From Candidatus Multivoradales bacterium (GTDB lineage Bacteria > Acidobacteriota > Thermoanaerobaculia > Multivoradales > J023): a stretch of DNA of 64,000 nucleotides. The notes under the pieces are model-generated. The model made no database searches. It was given only the letters and a program-made list of their open reading frames with translations, and had not been told where the DNA came from. Shown one piece after another: positions 8,712 to 21,316 of the stretch. The stretch lies in the NCBI GenBank assembly GCA_965248925.1, contig CBDFLE010000005.1, positions 1,856,001 through 1,920,000 of the forward strand, read 5' to 3'. The position numbers and the translations under genes were made by a program. Numbering within the stretch: position 1 is the stretch's first letter; every line of letters begins with the position of its first letter.

Positions 8712-11382
8712 GCAATTCCGTCGGGTGATGGAGGCCTTCGCCGAGATCTGTGATCTGCCGCCGGACGAGCGTGAGGAGATTCTGGCCGGGTTGTCCACCG
8801 AAGACGCCGAGATCGGCAGTGAGGTGCAGAGGCTTCTGGAGGCCGAGCGGCAAGGAGCTGGGCGGCTCGATCCGCCGTCGTTCGCGGCTAGACTAGCCGA
8901 ACCAGGACCGGCGGTCGCAGAGACCAGCCGCTCCTTGAGCGACACCCGGATCGCCCAGTTCGAAGTCGGCGAGCGGATCGGCAGCGGTGGAATGGGGGAA
9001 GTCTACGCCGCCGTCGACACGGTCCTGCGTCGCCAGGTGGCGCTCAAGGCGATCCGCCACGACCAGAGGATGAGCGAAACGGCCCGCCGCCGATTCCTGC
9101 GCGAAGCGCGGATGCTGTCGAGTCTCGATCATCCCAACATCTGCCGCATCCACGACTATCTGCGGGGAGATGAAGAAGACTTTCTGGTTCTGGAGCGGAT
9201 CCAAGGTCGGAGCCTGCGGCAAGCATTGGCGGAAGGACTGGCGAAGGCTGCCGGCCTTTCGATTGTCGAGCAGATCGCCGACGCGCTGGCCGCCGCCCAC
9301 GCTGCGGGCGTCGTCCATCGCGACCTCAAGCTGTCGAACGTCATGCTGACCGACGACGGAAGGGCGAAAATCCTCGACTTCGGCCTGGCGCGACCGGTGG
9401 AACCCGAGGTGGTAGAAGGCAGCCTGGGAGCGGCAGAGGACCTCGCAATATCAGCGCCGGAGACGGCCGAACTCGACCGCTCCACTCACTTCCGAACTGC
9501 CACTGGCCTGGTGGCCGGCACCCCGTCGGCGATGAGCCCAGAGCAGATCGAGGGGCGGCCGGCCTCGGCCGCCAGCGACATGTATTCGTTCGGTCTGCTG
9601 GCGCAGGAGCTCTTCACCGGTGAGTCTCCTTACGATCCTGAACTGAAGCCGGGTGAGCTTGTAGACGCCGCGCGCCGCGGCGCCACCCGACCGGTGTCGG
9701 GAGTTGATCGTCATCTCGGGGTCCTCATCAGATCGCTGACCGCGACACGGGCCTGGACCCGGCCGACCGCCGCCGGGGTCGTCGATAGGCTGCGGTGGAT
9801 TCGAGACAAGCCGAAACGGCGGCTAAGACGTGCGGCGGCCACGGCACTCATCGCCCTCTCCATACTCCTAGGACTCAAATACACCCTCGATCTGCGACGC
9901 GAACGCACGCTTGCCGACCAGCGGCGCTCGCAGGCGGAAGGGTTGATCGGCTTCATGCTGGGCGATCTGAGGACGAAGCTCGAACCGCTGGGTCGGCTCG
10001 ACATTCTCGACGATGTCGGCGACAAGGCGGAGTCCTACTTCGCTGCGGTAGCTGAGGCCGAGCTGTCGGACGACGAACTTCTCAGCCGCACCAAAACACT
10101 GACCCAAATCGGCGAGGTACGGCTCTCCCAGAATCGCCATGGCGAGGCGCTGGCCTCGTTCGAGGAGGCCTACCGGCGAGCTGCCGCACTGGTCGTCCGC
10201 AACCCGAAAGAGGGTGTTTTCTTGTTCGGCCGCGGCCAGGCCGAGTATTGGGTCGGCTACGTTCACTGGCAGCGGCTCGAGGGGGAGCAGGCCCAGCAGT
10301 GGATGGGACGCTATCGCGACACCAGCAAGGCGCTGCTGGAGCGCGATGCCAGCCGTGACGACTGGGTCCTTGAAGCGGCCTACGCCCACCACAACCTCGC
10401 CGTGCTGGCGCTTGAGTTCGGCGATCTCGATGCGGCCGAGGAGGGGTTCAGCGACGAAGTCGAGGTCCTAAGGGACCTGATCGAACGCAACGCGGACGAT
10501 CCGAGCCTGGTTGAGGACCTGGCCGACGCCTATTCCTGGCTCGGCACTACGGCCCATCGCCGCGGTCTACTCGACCGCGCAGCCGGATTTTTCTCCGCCA
10601 GCACCACCCAACGCGCGGCGTTGGTAGAGCTGGAACCAGAGAATGTCCACTGGCGGTTTTGGTGGGCCCAGTCGAAGGTTTTTGCGGGCAAGGTCGCGGC
10701 GATTCGCGGACAACGCGAACAGAGTGTGGTGATTTTCGACCACGCCATTGCGATTCTCGAAGCGTTAGTGGATGGCGATCGCACCAATCGCGACTGGCTC
10801 CGCGCCCTGGCAACTGCTCGGACGGCGCGGGCGAAGCCCGGCGCGGCCGGGGGAAACTTCGCCCGTGCACTGGAGCAGTTGGCCACCAGCATTGAGGTTT
10901 TGCAGCAATTGGTAGCAGCTGAGCCTGGAGACCGTCAGTCCAGCCGCACGCTGGCTCTCGCCTACCGCGCCACCGCGCGGTTCGAGGGCTGGGCTGGACG
11001 CCTGCCCACGGCCACCGAGAAGGTAGCTCGCGCCGCGGAGCTCGGCGAAGAACTTCATAACGATGCTCCGCGTGACCTCGAGCTTCTCGCCGAACTGGCG
11101 AGCACTCGAGTGCTCGCTGGCGAGCTGCAGCAAGAGGCCGGCAACCGCGAAGAGGCGCTGATCAATTGGCATCGAGCGCTTGAGATCCTGGCCGGGCCAG
11201 TCGAGGGCTCGAGCTTTCCCATCCTCCTCGACCCTTGGGCGCGAGCCCTGGCCCATGTGGGTCGAAAGCAAGAGGCCACGGCGACCGTGATGGCCCTTTC
11301 TGCGGTCGGTTATCGCTCTCTCTGGCACTGGCCGGAATCCATTGGCCACCAGTCTGAAGAAAACCGTGTGGGCGCCAAATAA
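8701..11382 (+). CDS. Membrane Ser/Thr protein kinase with C-terminal TPR-like sensor
   Basis: GSGGMGEVY, VALK, HRDLKLSN, DFGLA, GTPSAMSPEQ, then a TM segment and a helical repeat region. Start could be 8674 or 8701. Confidence 0.93.
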   Translation: MDAEQFRRVMEAFAEICDLPPDEREEILAGLSTEDAEIGSEVQRLLEAERQGAGRLDPPSFAARLAEPGPAVAETSRSLSDTRIAQFEVGERIGSGGMGEVYAAVDTVLRRQVALKAIRHDQRMSETARRRFLREARMLSSLDHPNICRIHDYLRGDEEDFLVLERIQGRSLRQALAEGLAKAAGLSIVEQIADALAAAHAAGVVHRDLKLSNVMLTDDGRAKILDFGLARPVEPEVVEGSLGAAEDLAISAPETAELDRSTHFRTATGLVAGTPSAMSPEQIEGRPASAASDMYSFGLLAQELFTGESPYDPELKPGELVDAARRGATRPVSGVDRHLGVLIRSLTATRAWTRPTAAGVVDRLRWIRDKPKRRLRRAAATALIALSILLGLKYTLDLRRERTLADQRRSQAEGLIGFMLGDLRTKLEPLGRLDILDDVGDKAESYFAAVAEAELSDDELLSRTKTLTQIGEVRLSQNRHGEALASFEEAYRRAAALVVRNPKEGVFLFGRGQAEYWVGYVHWQRLEGEQAQQWMGRYRDTSKALLERDASRDDWVLEAAYAHHNLAVLALEFGDLDAAEEGFSDEVEVLRDLIERNADDPSLVEDLADAYSWLGTTAHRRGLLDRAAGFFSASTTQRAALVELEPENVHWRFWWAQSKVFAGKVAAIRGQREQSVVIFDHAIAILEALVDGDRTNRDWLRALATARTARAKPGAAGGNFARALEQLATSIEVLQQLVAAEPGDRQSSRTLALAYRATARFEGWAGRLPTATEKVARAAELGEELHNDAPRDLELLAELASTRVLAGELQQEAGNREEALINWHRALEILAGPVEGSSFPILLDPWARALAHVGRKQEATATVMALSAVGYRSLWHWPESIGHQSEENRVGAK

Positions 11383-11413
11383 AGAAAACTCACACTTTCT
11401 CAAGGAGAGCACA

Positions 11414-11950
11414 ATGTCAAAGATCGAGTGTTCGATCCCGACGATTGAGATCACGATCGACTTCAGTTTGTCTGGATCAGACCCCGGAGAAGTGCCGAAT
11501 CCCGCCGGGCCGAGTCCCAACGGGCCGAATCACCAGTGCGAATTTAGCTTCCTCAAACCCGTCCAGGTGAAGAGTAACTTCAGTCACCTCGGCCCTGACT
11601 CCTTGATTGAGGTGACGGCGCCTGAAACGAAACTCGTTTTCTCATTCGCGAATGCTCGAGAAGGAGCAGATCCGCAATTTACCGGATTCCGCTACTACAA
11701 CACCGGCGACAAATGGTGGGCCGGAGGGTGGTGGACTCCTGGCCATCCGGGCGCGAAAGAGTTCAAGGATCTCGAGATTGATAGCTGCCCGGCTGCTTCA
11801 ATGACAGTCATCGATAGGACTCACAACCACACTCTATATATCTACGTTGTCGAGTGGAGTGAAATAGGACCCGACGGCAATAGAGTCTGCTACTGTTGCG
11901 ACCCAAAGATCAAGAACCAGCCCTCGGGGGGCCCGCTGCTGAGGGAGTAG
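11414..11950 (+). CDS. Hypothetical protein with C-terminal DPKIKN motif (DP-EP-like)
   Basis: AAGGAGAG RBS, directly downstream of the kinase, ends CCDPKIKNQP. Confidence 0.65.
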   Translation: MSKIECSIPTIEITIDFSLSGSDPGEVPNPAGPSPNGPNHQCEFSFLKPVQVKSNFSHLGPDSLIEVTAPETKLVFSFANAREGADPQFTGFRYYNTGDKWWAGGWWTPGHPGAKEFKDLEIDSCPAASMTVIDRTHNHTLYIYVVEWSEIGPDGNRVCYCCDPKIKNQPSGGPLLRE

Positions 11951-12466
11951 CTTAATTCCTTCTGAACCCTCGACCTGTCCCAGTGGTCGGGTACCGTCAA
12001 GTTGGGTAAATTGGCACTCTCTAACTGGAGAGTGAGCCCTGGCATCATCGCAAGTCCGAGAATAAACTGGAGCCAGGAGCCTCGATTCAGCCCCGGAGGA
12101 GGCTCAAGAGCTGCGTGCTAGCCCAGGCGTGTTGCTCTACTTGACAGTACCCTTTCTCAGATTCCCGGAAAAATGCGGCGGTGATCGAAGTGGGCCCGCG
12201 CTCTGCTAAGATCCGCCTCAGCATTTGGGCAGCAAGATCGGTCGAGACGAGGAGCCCGCTCCAGCAGACATCTGTCCTGGGGGTCTTGGTGTCCTCGTTG
12301 GCTGCCTCTCGTTGAAGTGAAATTCTGTCGTTTACAGGAACGTCCTCCAGATGTCTGGCTGGGCGGACGGACGGAGGTCTTGTCTGGTCACTCGCGGCCA
12401 GGCGCAACTTTCGCCGCGGTCTGGCGAGCCTGACCAGGACGGCTCCTATCTCTACTTGGAGGTGAA

Positions 12467-14404
12467 ATGAAACTCAAACATCTCGTATCCGTCCCTCTTT
12501 ATCTGGCTCTCGCTGGCAGTCTGCTAGCGCAGGATCGATTGATTCCGAAACAGCTCGCCGGTCCGATCGAGGAACTGCAAACCGGCGTCATGGCAAAGTC
12601 GGACCCCATCGCAACCGCTGTCCACTCGAAGAGTTCCATGGTCCCAGTCCAGCTGGTGCTGGACAAGGACGGCGCCTGGAAGTGGCAAGGAGTCGTTGCC
12701 GCCGAAGGCGTGAACCTACGGCTAGTGCTTTTCTCGGGCGAAGAGAGCTGGGACCTCAGCTTGACCGAGCCGGGCGGCAAGAGTCCAGTGCCAGCTCGTG
12801 CCCTCGCCGGGTCTCTAGAGCGCTCGAGTCTGGACTTGGGAGGAGCTTCTTTCGCTGGCGACCAATACCAATTCCAGGCAATGGCTCCAGGCAACTGGAA
12901 GGTTTCTGTGGCGGCCTCCGCGCCCGCGAACGACCGCGGGTATCTCCTCGTCTCCAGCGACGGCCCCTATCGCCTGCTCTCTTTCAAGACCGCCGACGAA
13001 CAGCTGGTCGGCCACCAGATCGGCTTCGCTACCTATGGCTACGAGCAGCTGGCAGAACAGACCACGGCCGACATCCACATCGGTTTGGTAGAAACAGCGA
13101 CGCTGCGCGTCACGACACCCGCCGGCGAAGTGCAGCAATGGACCATGCGCGACGACGGCCTGCACGGCGATGGAAAGGCCGGTGACGGCATGTTCGGCGC
13201 TTCCTTCGTGCCTCGCCTCGAGGGCGACTATCTGGCTCAGGTAACGGCACGCGGCACGACGCCGCAAGGGCACCCCTTCGTCCGCAGCGCGCAACATATC
13301 GTACCGGTCATCACTCGCCGTCTCGAACTGATGCATGATTTCGTGACTGGCCGAGTTCAAGGCGAGAGCCGCCTGATGATAGATCTGCGCATTGAGAACA
13401 GCCTCTACGCTCCCGAGAAGTATCGAGTCTTCGCCGAGGTCTGGGGCGCTGATGCCCTGGGCGAGATGAAGGCCGTCTCTTGGATCGGCGGTATGTCCTA
13501 CGTCGACAACGGCCGACTTAGCCTCGGACTGGACTTGCGGTGGATCGGTCGCTCGCCAGCCCAGAACTCCTTCGAATTACGCAATCTGCGGATCGAAGAT
13601 CCGGACCACTTCATCACTGTCGCCCGCGTTGAGCGCTTGCCAATCGTCATGCCGACACTGCCCGCGGCCGCGCAAGAAACGGTCAAGTCGGTGGATGAGA
13701 CCATGCTCATGGGGCACCGCCCCACCGCCGCCGCGAACAAGGCGGGCAGCCGTCTACTTCTGGTCCATGGTTACTGCTCGGGCAACGTCTGGGGGCCGGT
13801 CGCCGGTCAGTTCACCAATGCTTCGATCTTCCTCGACACCAACAAGAACCGATCTCACGACCAGTTCGCCAATTTGATCGGTAGCTTCGGCAGCAGCTAT
13901 TCCTCCTACGGGATCGTTGCTCACAGCCAGGGTGGTGCAGCGGCACTCCACCTCTACACCTACTATTGGAGTGGCCTCGACTACGCTTCGGCCGGGCGCT
14001 TGATCCAGTCGGTCGGTACGCCCTATCAGGGTACTCCCTTGGCCGGCAACGCGGCGGTTCTGGGTCAGATCTTCGGCATCGGTTGCGGCGCCAACACCGA
14101 TCTCACCTATAGCGGCGCCGCCAGCTGGCTGTCGGGCGTCCCGACCTGGGCTCGCAACCAGGTGAACTACTTCACCACCTCCTTCACCGACAAATGGTGG
14201 CGCTATGACTACTGCCATCTGATCAGTGATCTGCTGCTGAGCGATCCGGACGACGGAACTACCGAGAAGGCCAAGGGCCAACTGGCGAGCGGCATCAACC
14301 GCGGCCACAAAACCGGCTGGTGCCACACCGACGGCATGAGAGATCCGAACCAGACTCGCGACAGCGGCCGCAATGGATCGATGAACAGCAACGCGGCACG
14401 CTGA
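12467..14404 (+). CDS. Secreted conditioned-medium-factor-like protein (choice-of-anchor X motif + alpha/beta hydrolase)
   Basis: GGAGG RBS, signal peptide, DDGLHGDGKAGDGMFG motif, LLLVHGYCS, nucleophile elbow AHSQGG, GWCH. Confidence 0.8.
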   Translation: MKLKHLVSVPLYLALAGSLLAQDRLIPKQLAGPIEELQTGVMAKSDPIATAVHSKSSMVPVQLVLDKDGAWKWQGVVAAEGVNLRLVLFSGEESWDLSLTEPGGKSPVPARALAGSLERSSLDLGGASFAGDQYQFQAMAPGNWKVSVAASAPANDRGYLLVSSDGPYRLLSFKTADEQLVGHQIGFATYGYEQLAEQTTADIHIGLVETATLRVTTPAGEVQQWTMRDDGLHGDGKAGDGMFGASFVPRLEGDYLAQVTARGTTPQGHPFVRSAQHIVPVITRRLELMHDFVTGRVQGESRLMIDLRIENSLYAPEKYRVFAEVWGADALGEMKAVSWIGGMSYVDNGRLSLGLDLRWIGRSPAQNSFELRNLRIEDPDHFITVARVERLPIVMPTLPAAAQETVKSVDETMLMGHRPTAAANKAGSRLLLVHGYCSGNVWGPVAGQFTNASIFLDTNKNRSHDQFANLIGSFGSSYSSYGIVAHSQGGAAALHLYTYYWSGLDYASAGRLIQSVGTPYQGTPLAGNAAVLGQIFGIGCGANTDLTYSGAASWLSGVPTWARNQVNYFTTSFTDKWWRYDYCHLISDLLLSDPDDGTTEKAKGQLASGINRGHKTGWCHTDGMRDPNQTRDSGRNGSMNSNAAR

Positions 14405-14444
14405 ACCCGCTTAGCCCCGAAGGCTAAGACCTGAATGCCGCCAA

Positions 14445-14482
14445 CCGGCAGTCCGCTGCTGGGCTGCCGGAGATCTCTTTTC
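14445..14482 (+). terminator. Possible intrinsic terminator
   Basis: Stem CCGGCAGTCC/GGGCTGCCGG followed by a weak T-rich tract. A second hairpin lies at 14410-14428. Confidence 0.4.
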
Positions 14483-14585
14483 AGAGGGGATTTCTGGCCC
14501 TCCTGGCCGGCAATCTGGATGCGCTCGATCGCGCGCCGCTTTGCGCTCTCGTCTCGGCGCAGAGTGCCAGCGATCTAGGGCGTTG

Positions 14586-14594
14586 TGCTAAAAT
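14586..14594 (+). promoter_or_regulatory. Extended -10 promoter (TGcTAAAAT), probably a leaderless transcript
   Basis: TGnTAAAAT ends 6 nt before ATG 14601 and there is no Shine-Dalgarno sequence. Confidence 0.5.
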
Positions 14595-14600
14595 AGCGAG

Positions 14601-15137
14601 ATGAGTCGCTACGTCGCTTTCCTGCGCGGGATGAACCTCGGCCGTCGCCGGATCCGAAACGACGAGCTGTGCGCCGAGTTCGTAGCCATCGGCTTCACCA
14701 ACGTCGCCGCGTTCCTCGCCAGTGGGAACATGGTCTTCGACACTGACGAGCGCTCACGGGTTGCGGTCGTGGCGATGATCGAGGATCGGTTGCGCGAGAG
14801 CCTCGGCTACGAGGTACCGACTCTGTTGCGGAGCGCCGACGAGGTCTCGGCGATCGCCAACGATGGCCCTTTTAAGGGGGAGTTTGGAGCGAACGGCGGG
14901 AAGCCGCAGGTGATGTTCTTGGCCAGAGCGCCGGACTCAAAGGTCCGTGCGCAGGTGCTTGGGCTGGCCACCGAGGCCGATCGGCTGGCCTTCGACGGCC
15001 GCGAGTTGTACTGGTTACCCGAGAGGGGACTCTCAACCTCCGAACTCAAACTCGCATTCATCGACAAGGCAATCGGACCCACAACGACCCGGACCCGCAA
15101 CACCCTCGAACGTCTGGTTGTGAAGTTCTTGGCTTAG
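14601..15137 (+). CDS. DUF1697 family protein
   Basis: YVAFLRGMNLG, FLASGN, RELYW, TTRTRNT. Confidence 0.9.
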   Translation: MSRYVAFLRGMNLGRRRIRNDELCAEFVAIGFTNVAAFLASGNMVFDTDERSRVAVVAMIEDRLRESLGYEVPTLLRSADEVSAIANDGPFKGEFGANGGKPQVMFLARAPDSKVRAQVLGLATEADRLAFDGRELYWLPERGLSTSELKLAFIDKAIGPTTTRTRNTLERLVVKFLA

Positions 15138-15454
15138 CAGAGGTTGGGTGGCTACCGGGACCTCACAACCGGCAATGTACGGCAATGTACTCTGTCAAGC
15201 TGGGCAAACTCGCACTTTCTGAACGATCGCCCTACCACCGACCGAGCTTCCGGGCCACGGAACTTGCACCATCGTCATCCTGGGTGCCATCGAATCCGGG
15301 CTTTGGCAGCATTAAGGGATCGACGGCAATCCCGACGACTTTCCAAGCAGAAAGCCAGGGCTGCTGGCGTTCGGGCTCTTCGGCCTACGTGAGTCGGCGA
15401 ACCGCTAGCGGCTGGGCGAGGGCCATCAAGCTCACGAAAAAGGAAACCAAATCC

Positions 15455-16189
15455 TCAACCGCGGGTTGCCACGTGACCACCAACGAAGCCGGGGACGCCT
15501 TCGTCTTCTGGCCATCGGTCGGCAACAACAAGATTCTTGTGGCGAAATCCACCAATGGCGGCGCGAGCTGGGGCGTCCCGGTGATGCTGGCGACGACTTT
15601 CGACAGCTTCAACATCGGCGTGCCGGCAATGGCCAGCCGTCGCGCCCTGATTTATCTCGCCGCGGGTGCCGATGCGAGTAGTGGGCTCGACAATGTATAT
15701 GTTTCATGGACCGATCTTTCGGGAGAAAGCGGCTGCACCGAGGCGGCCAATGAACCGGGCACCAACACCGCTTCGACATGCAAGACCCGAATCTGGTTCT
15801 CTCGCTCCGCCGATGGTGGCGCCACCTGGAGCGCGGCAGTGAGAATCCACCATCAGGCCTCGCTCAACGATCAGTTCAATCACTGGCTGGCTGTCGACCC
15901 CACTAATGGCAAGATCGGCGTCATGTACTACGACACCGTGGCCGATCCGGGAAGACATCAGACCCAGGTGTATTTCCAGTCTTCGGCCGACCGCGGGCTG
16001 AGCTGGGGCACTCCACTGCAAGTCACCACGGCACCCACCGATGAAACCGCTGCCGGTGCCAACACGGTGGACCAGTACGGCGACTACAACGGCATGGCGG
16101 CTTTTCTCACCAAATTCTTGCCGATCTGGACCGATCGCCGCGACGGCGGTGCCGAGGAAATCTGGACGGCGCGGGTGGACGACCCCTAG
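15455..16189 (+). pseudogene. 5'-truncated Asp-box (BNR) / sialidase-like propeller protein
   Basis: Asp-boxes STNGGASW, SADGGATW and SADRGLSW, plus QYGDYNG and WTDRR. The first ~90 codons of ORF 15185 look non-homologous and lack a signal peptide. Confidence 0.6.
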
Positions 16190-16250
16190 CCCACCCGCGC
16201 CCGAGCCCGCCACGAGCACAGCCAGGTCGACGGGGTCTTCGGCATGGCGC

Positions 16251-18986
<2,736 letters not shown>

Positions 18987-19213
18987 CCAATCTTTCTCGT
19001 CTTCAGGTTAGTCCGCCGCCCGTGCCGCGACGAGCACACGGCAGTGGACTCCTGCTCAGGTACCCCGTCGAAAAAACAGCACCCCTCTCATTCCGCTATC
19101 ACCACTTCTATTGTTGCCTGTTCTCTACAGGTCTTCCAACGTTGCCCCACCTCCAACGCGTCGACTGTCCGTCGCCAAGATAATACCGCTTTGTATTCTC
19201 AACGAATTACGGC

Positions 19214-21316
19214 TCATACGCCGGGCCGTAGTTCAATCAAAGGCGGTCGTACAGTCACTGTGCCCGGGGTGAGGCTGTGCAACACCAGGTCGACTTCGAA
19301 CTCGCCGTCAGCGTCGGCGGGATCGCTGATCAGGTCTGCGAGGGCTGGACGCAGGTCGAAGCTGAGATCATCAGCTTGGAGTTTGACTGGCACTCTGACG
19401 TTGGCGATGCTGAGCTCGATGTTCGGCTCGGCGTTCGGCGCTGGTCCCGGCGTCAGGAAGATGGCTGCCGGAGATGTTTCTCCTACCGATCCCAAGCAGC
19501 GCCACGGCCGGCGGCGGTCGGCGCGGTCGAAGCGCTGGGCTGGTTCGCCACCGCCGGCTGAGCCGGCGTGCCACAGGGCTGTGCCGCGGGCCGTGGTTAC
19601 CAGGATCCACGTCGGCTGGTCCAATAGCGCGGCCGGCCCAGCCACTGGCAGCCGCCGCCAGGCTAGCTCACCGGCGCTCTGTAGTTCGACCCTGCCGGCC
19701 GCCAAGCTGCGGCCAGCCGGCCGGCCATCGGCGTCGTGTTGCAACTCGAAGCGCACTTCCGCCGGAGCGGTGAGCGCCACCAGGGGCAGGAGGAGGGCTT
19801 CGACGAACAGCGCCGTCGACGGCCGTACTAACACGCCGACCCAGCGACCGGCACTGAACGCGGCGGCGCTGTTAGAGACCGCCTGATCAACGGCTGGGCT
19901 TGCCAGCCGCGCGCCGCCCGCGCCAAGACCGCTCACCAGGCTGAGTTCAGCACTTTGGACTCGGCCGGCCGCAGGAAGCCGCAGCCGGAGCTGGCGGCGC
20001 TCGTCCCCACGACCTGCGAAACGGAGCACCTGCTTGCCTTGGCCATCGGCGAAGGTGGTGAGGCGAGAGATCAGCGGCGCCGCGATGTCGCCGAGGGCAA
20101 AGCGGCAGGGGGCATCGGACTCGATGATCAAAGCCAGCTCGATGGCCCCCGAGGAGTCGACCTGGCGACCTGCAAGGTGGCGGCCCAGCGCATCGCCAAA
20201 GGCCGCTCCGGCATCGACCCGCCCATCGGCCACTTCACCGGCCAGCTGCCAGAAGGGAACCGCGGCCTCAAGGTCCATGGGGTCGGCCAGGGAAAGACGA
20301 GGGGTGGTGGGCGGCGAGGTCAGATGCAAGCGCTGCAAGTCGTTGATGGTCAGGGATTCGGCGGCGCGCAGCACGAATTGGCGATCGATGAACTGGGTCC
20401 GCGGGCGGAGCGAAGGTAGCTGGCTGAATGCCGGCGCGCGAACTACGGAGCCCTGGCTCGAATGGGGCGCGGCTTCGGAATGGGCCTCGGCCGGCGCCAG
20501 AATGGTTCGGGTGGATAGCAAAGCAATGCCAGCAGCAGAGCCAGCTCCGGCGACTAGCGCTGCGCCGCTGGCGAATTGCGGGTCAGCGAGCACGGCATGG
20601 CGCTGCGTCAACCGGGTCGTCGCCTGTTCGGCAACGGCCTCGCCATCAATGCGGTGCAGGGTGAACGGCGCCACCGCCGACCGGCGCAGCTCGGCACAGG
20701 CCAAACGCCGCGGTGCCGCCAGGGTGATCTCCAACCCACCATCCCGGACCGCCACGCTAGCAGCCGGCGGCGTCTGGGTGGCCAGGTACTCAACCTGCTC
20801 GGGGCGCAAAGTACCGGCGCCCAAACGGAGAGCGAAACGAGGCTCTTGAATGGCAGCAGAGAAACGTGCGAAGCCTTGTCGGAAAGGGATCTCTTGGCGC
20901 ACCACGCTGTCCACTGTGGCGCCAACGGCGGCTAGCACTTGAAGCACGCCCGACTCGGGGCTGGCCAGCTTCACCAGGTTCACCGGCGCCGACGACGAAC
21001 GACTGACCAGGACCGCCTGGCCGGCTTCTTCGGTCGCCTGCTCTTCGACTGTGACCTGTTCAACGACTGCCGGCAGCAGTGCCTGCGCGCTGGTTAAGGC
21101 GTCGGACTCTAAGGGCTGGAAGACGCCGCGGAGCACACAAGCAGCGAGGTCGACCCGCACTTCATCGGCTGGCCCCACCGCCGGCAAGCGGAGGTAGATC
21201 AGTCGCCGAAATCGACCGCTGCCGCTGCCCTCCACCGGCGCCAAGGGGCGCGCCGCATCGGCACCTCGGGTGGCTCCGCCTCGCAAGTCGGCCATCCGCA
21301 CGGCGACCATGCTCAA
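19214..21316 (-). CDS. CIS-associated hypothetical protein (700 aa, beta-rich; possible fibre tip or accessory)
   Basis: Last gene of the operon, with a 4-bp overlap to the upstream gene. No recognisable motif. Confidence 0.6.
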   Translation of the reverse strand: MSMVAVRMADLRGGATRGADAARPLAPVEGSGSGRFRRLIYLRLPAVGPADEVRVDLAACVLRGVFQPLESDALTSAQALLPAVVEQVTVEEQATEEAGQAVLVSRSSSAPVNLVKLASPESGVLQVLAAVGATVDSVVRQEIPFRQGFARFSAAIQEPRFALRLGAGTLRPEQVEYLATQTPPAASVAVRDGGLEITLAAPRRLACAELRRSAVAPFTLHRIDGEAVAEQATTRLTQRHAVLADPQFASGAALVAGAGSAAGIALLSTRTILAPAEAHSEAAPHSSQGSVVRAPAFSQLPSLRPRTQFIDRQFVLRAAESLTINDLQRLHLTSPPTTPRLSLADPMDLEAAVPFWQLAGEVADGRVDAGAAFGDALGRHLAGRQVDSSGAIELALIIESDAPCRFALGDIAAPLISRLTTFADGQGKQVLRFAGRGDERRQLRLRLPAAGRVQSAELSLVSGLGAGGARLASPAVDQAVSNSAAAFSAGRWVGVLVRPSTALFVEALLLPLVALTAPAEVRFELQHDADGRPAGRSLAAGRVELQSAGELAWRRLPVAGPAALLDQPTWILVTTARGTALWHAGSAGGGEPAQRFDRADRRRPWRCLGSVGETSPAAIFLTPGPAPNAEPNIELSIANVRVPVKLQADDLSFDLRPALADLISDPADADGEFEVDLVLHSLTPGTVTVRPPLIELRPGV

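Noticed and set aside
12087-12407. 106-aa minus-strand ORF
   Set aside because: No RBS or motif. It lies in the probable promoter region of the 12467 gene.
15170-15190. 10-bp tandem duplication CGGCAATGTA as a transposon footprint
   Set aside because: Only two copies and no associated element, so it cannot be distinguished from slippage.
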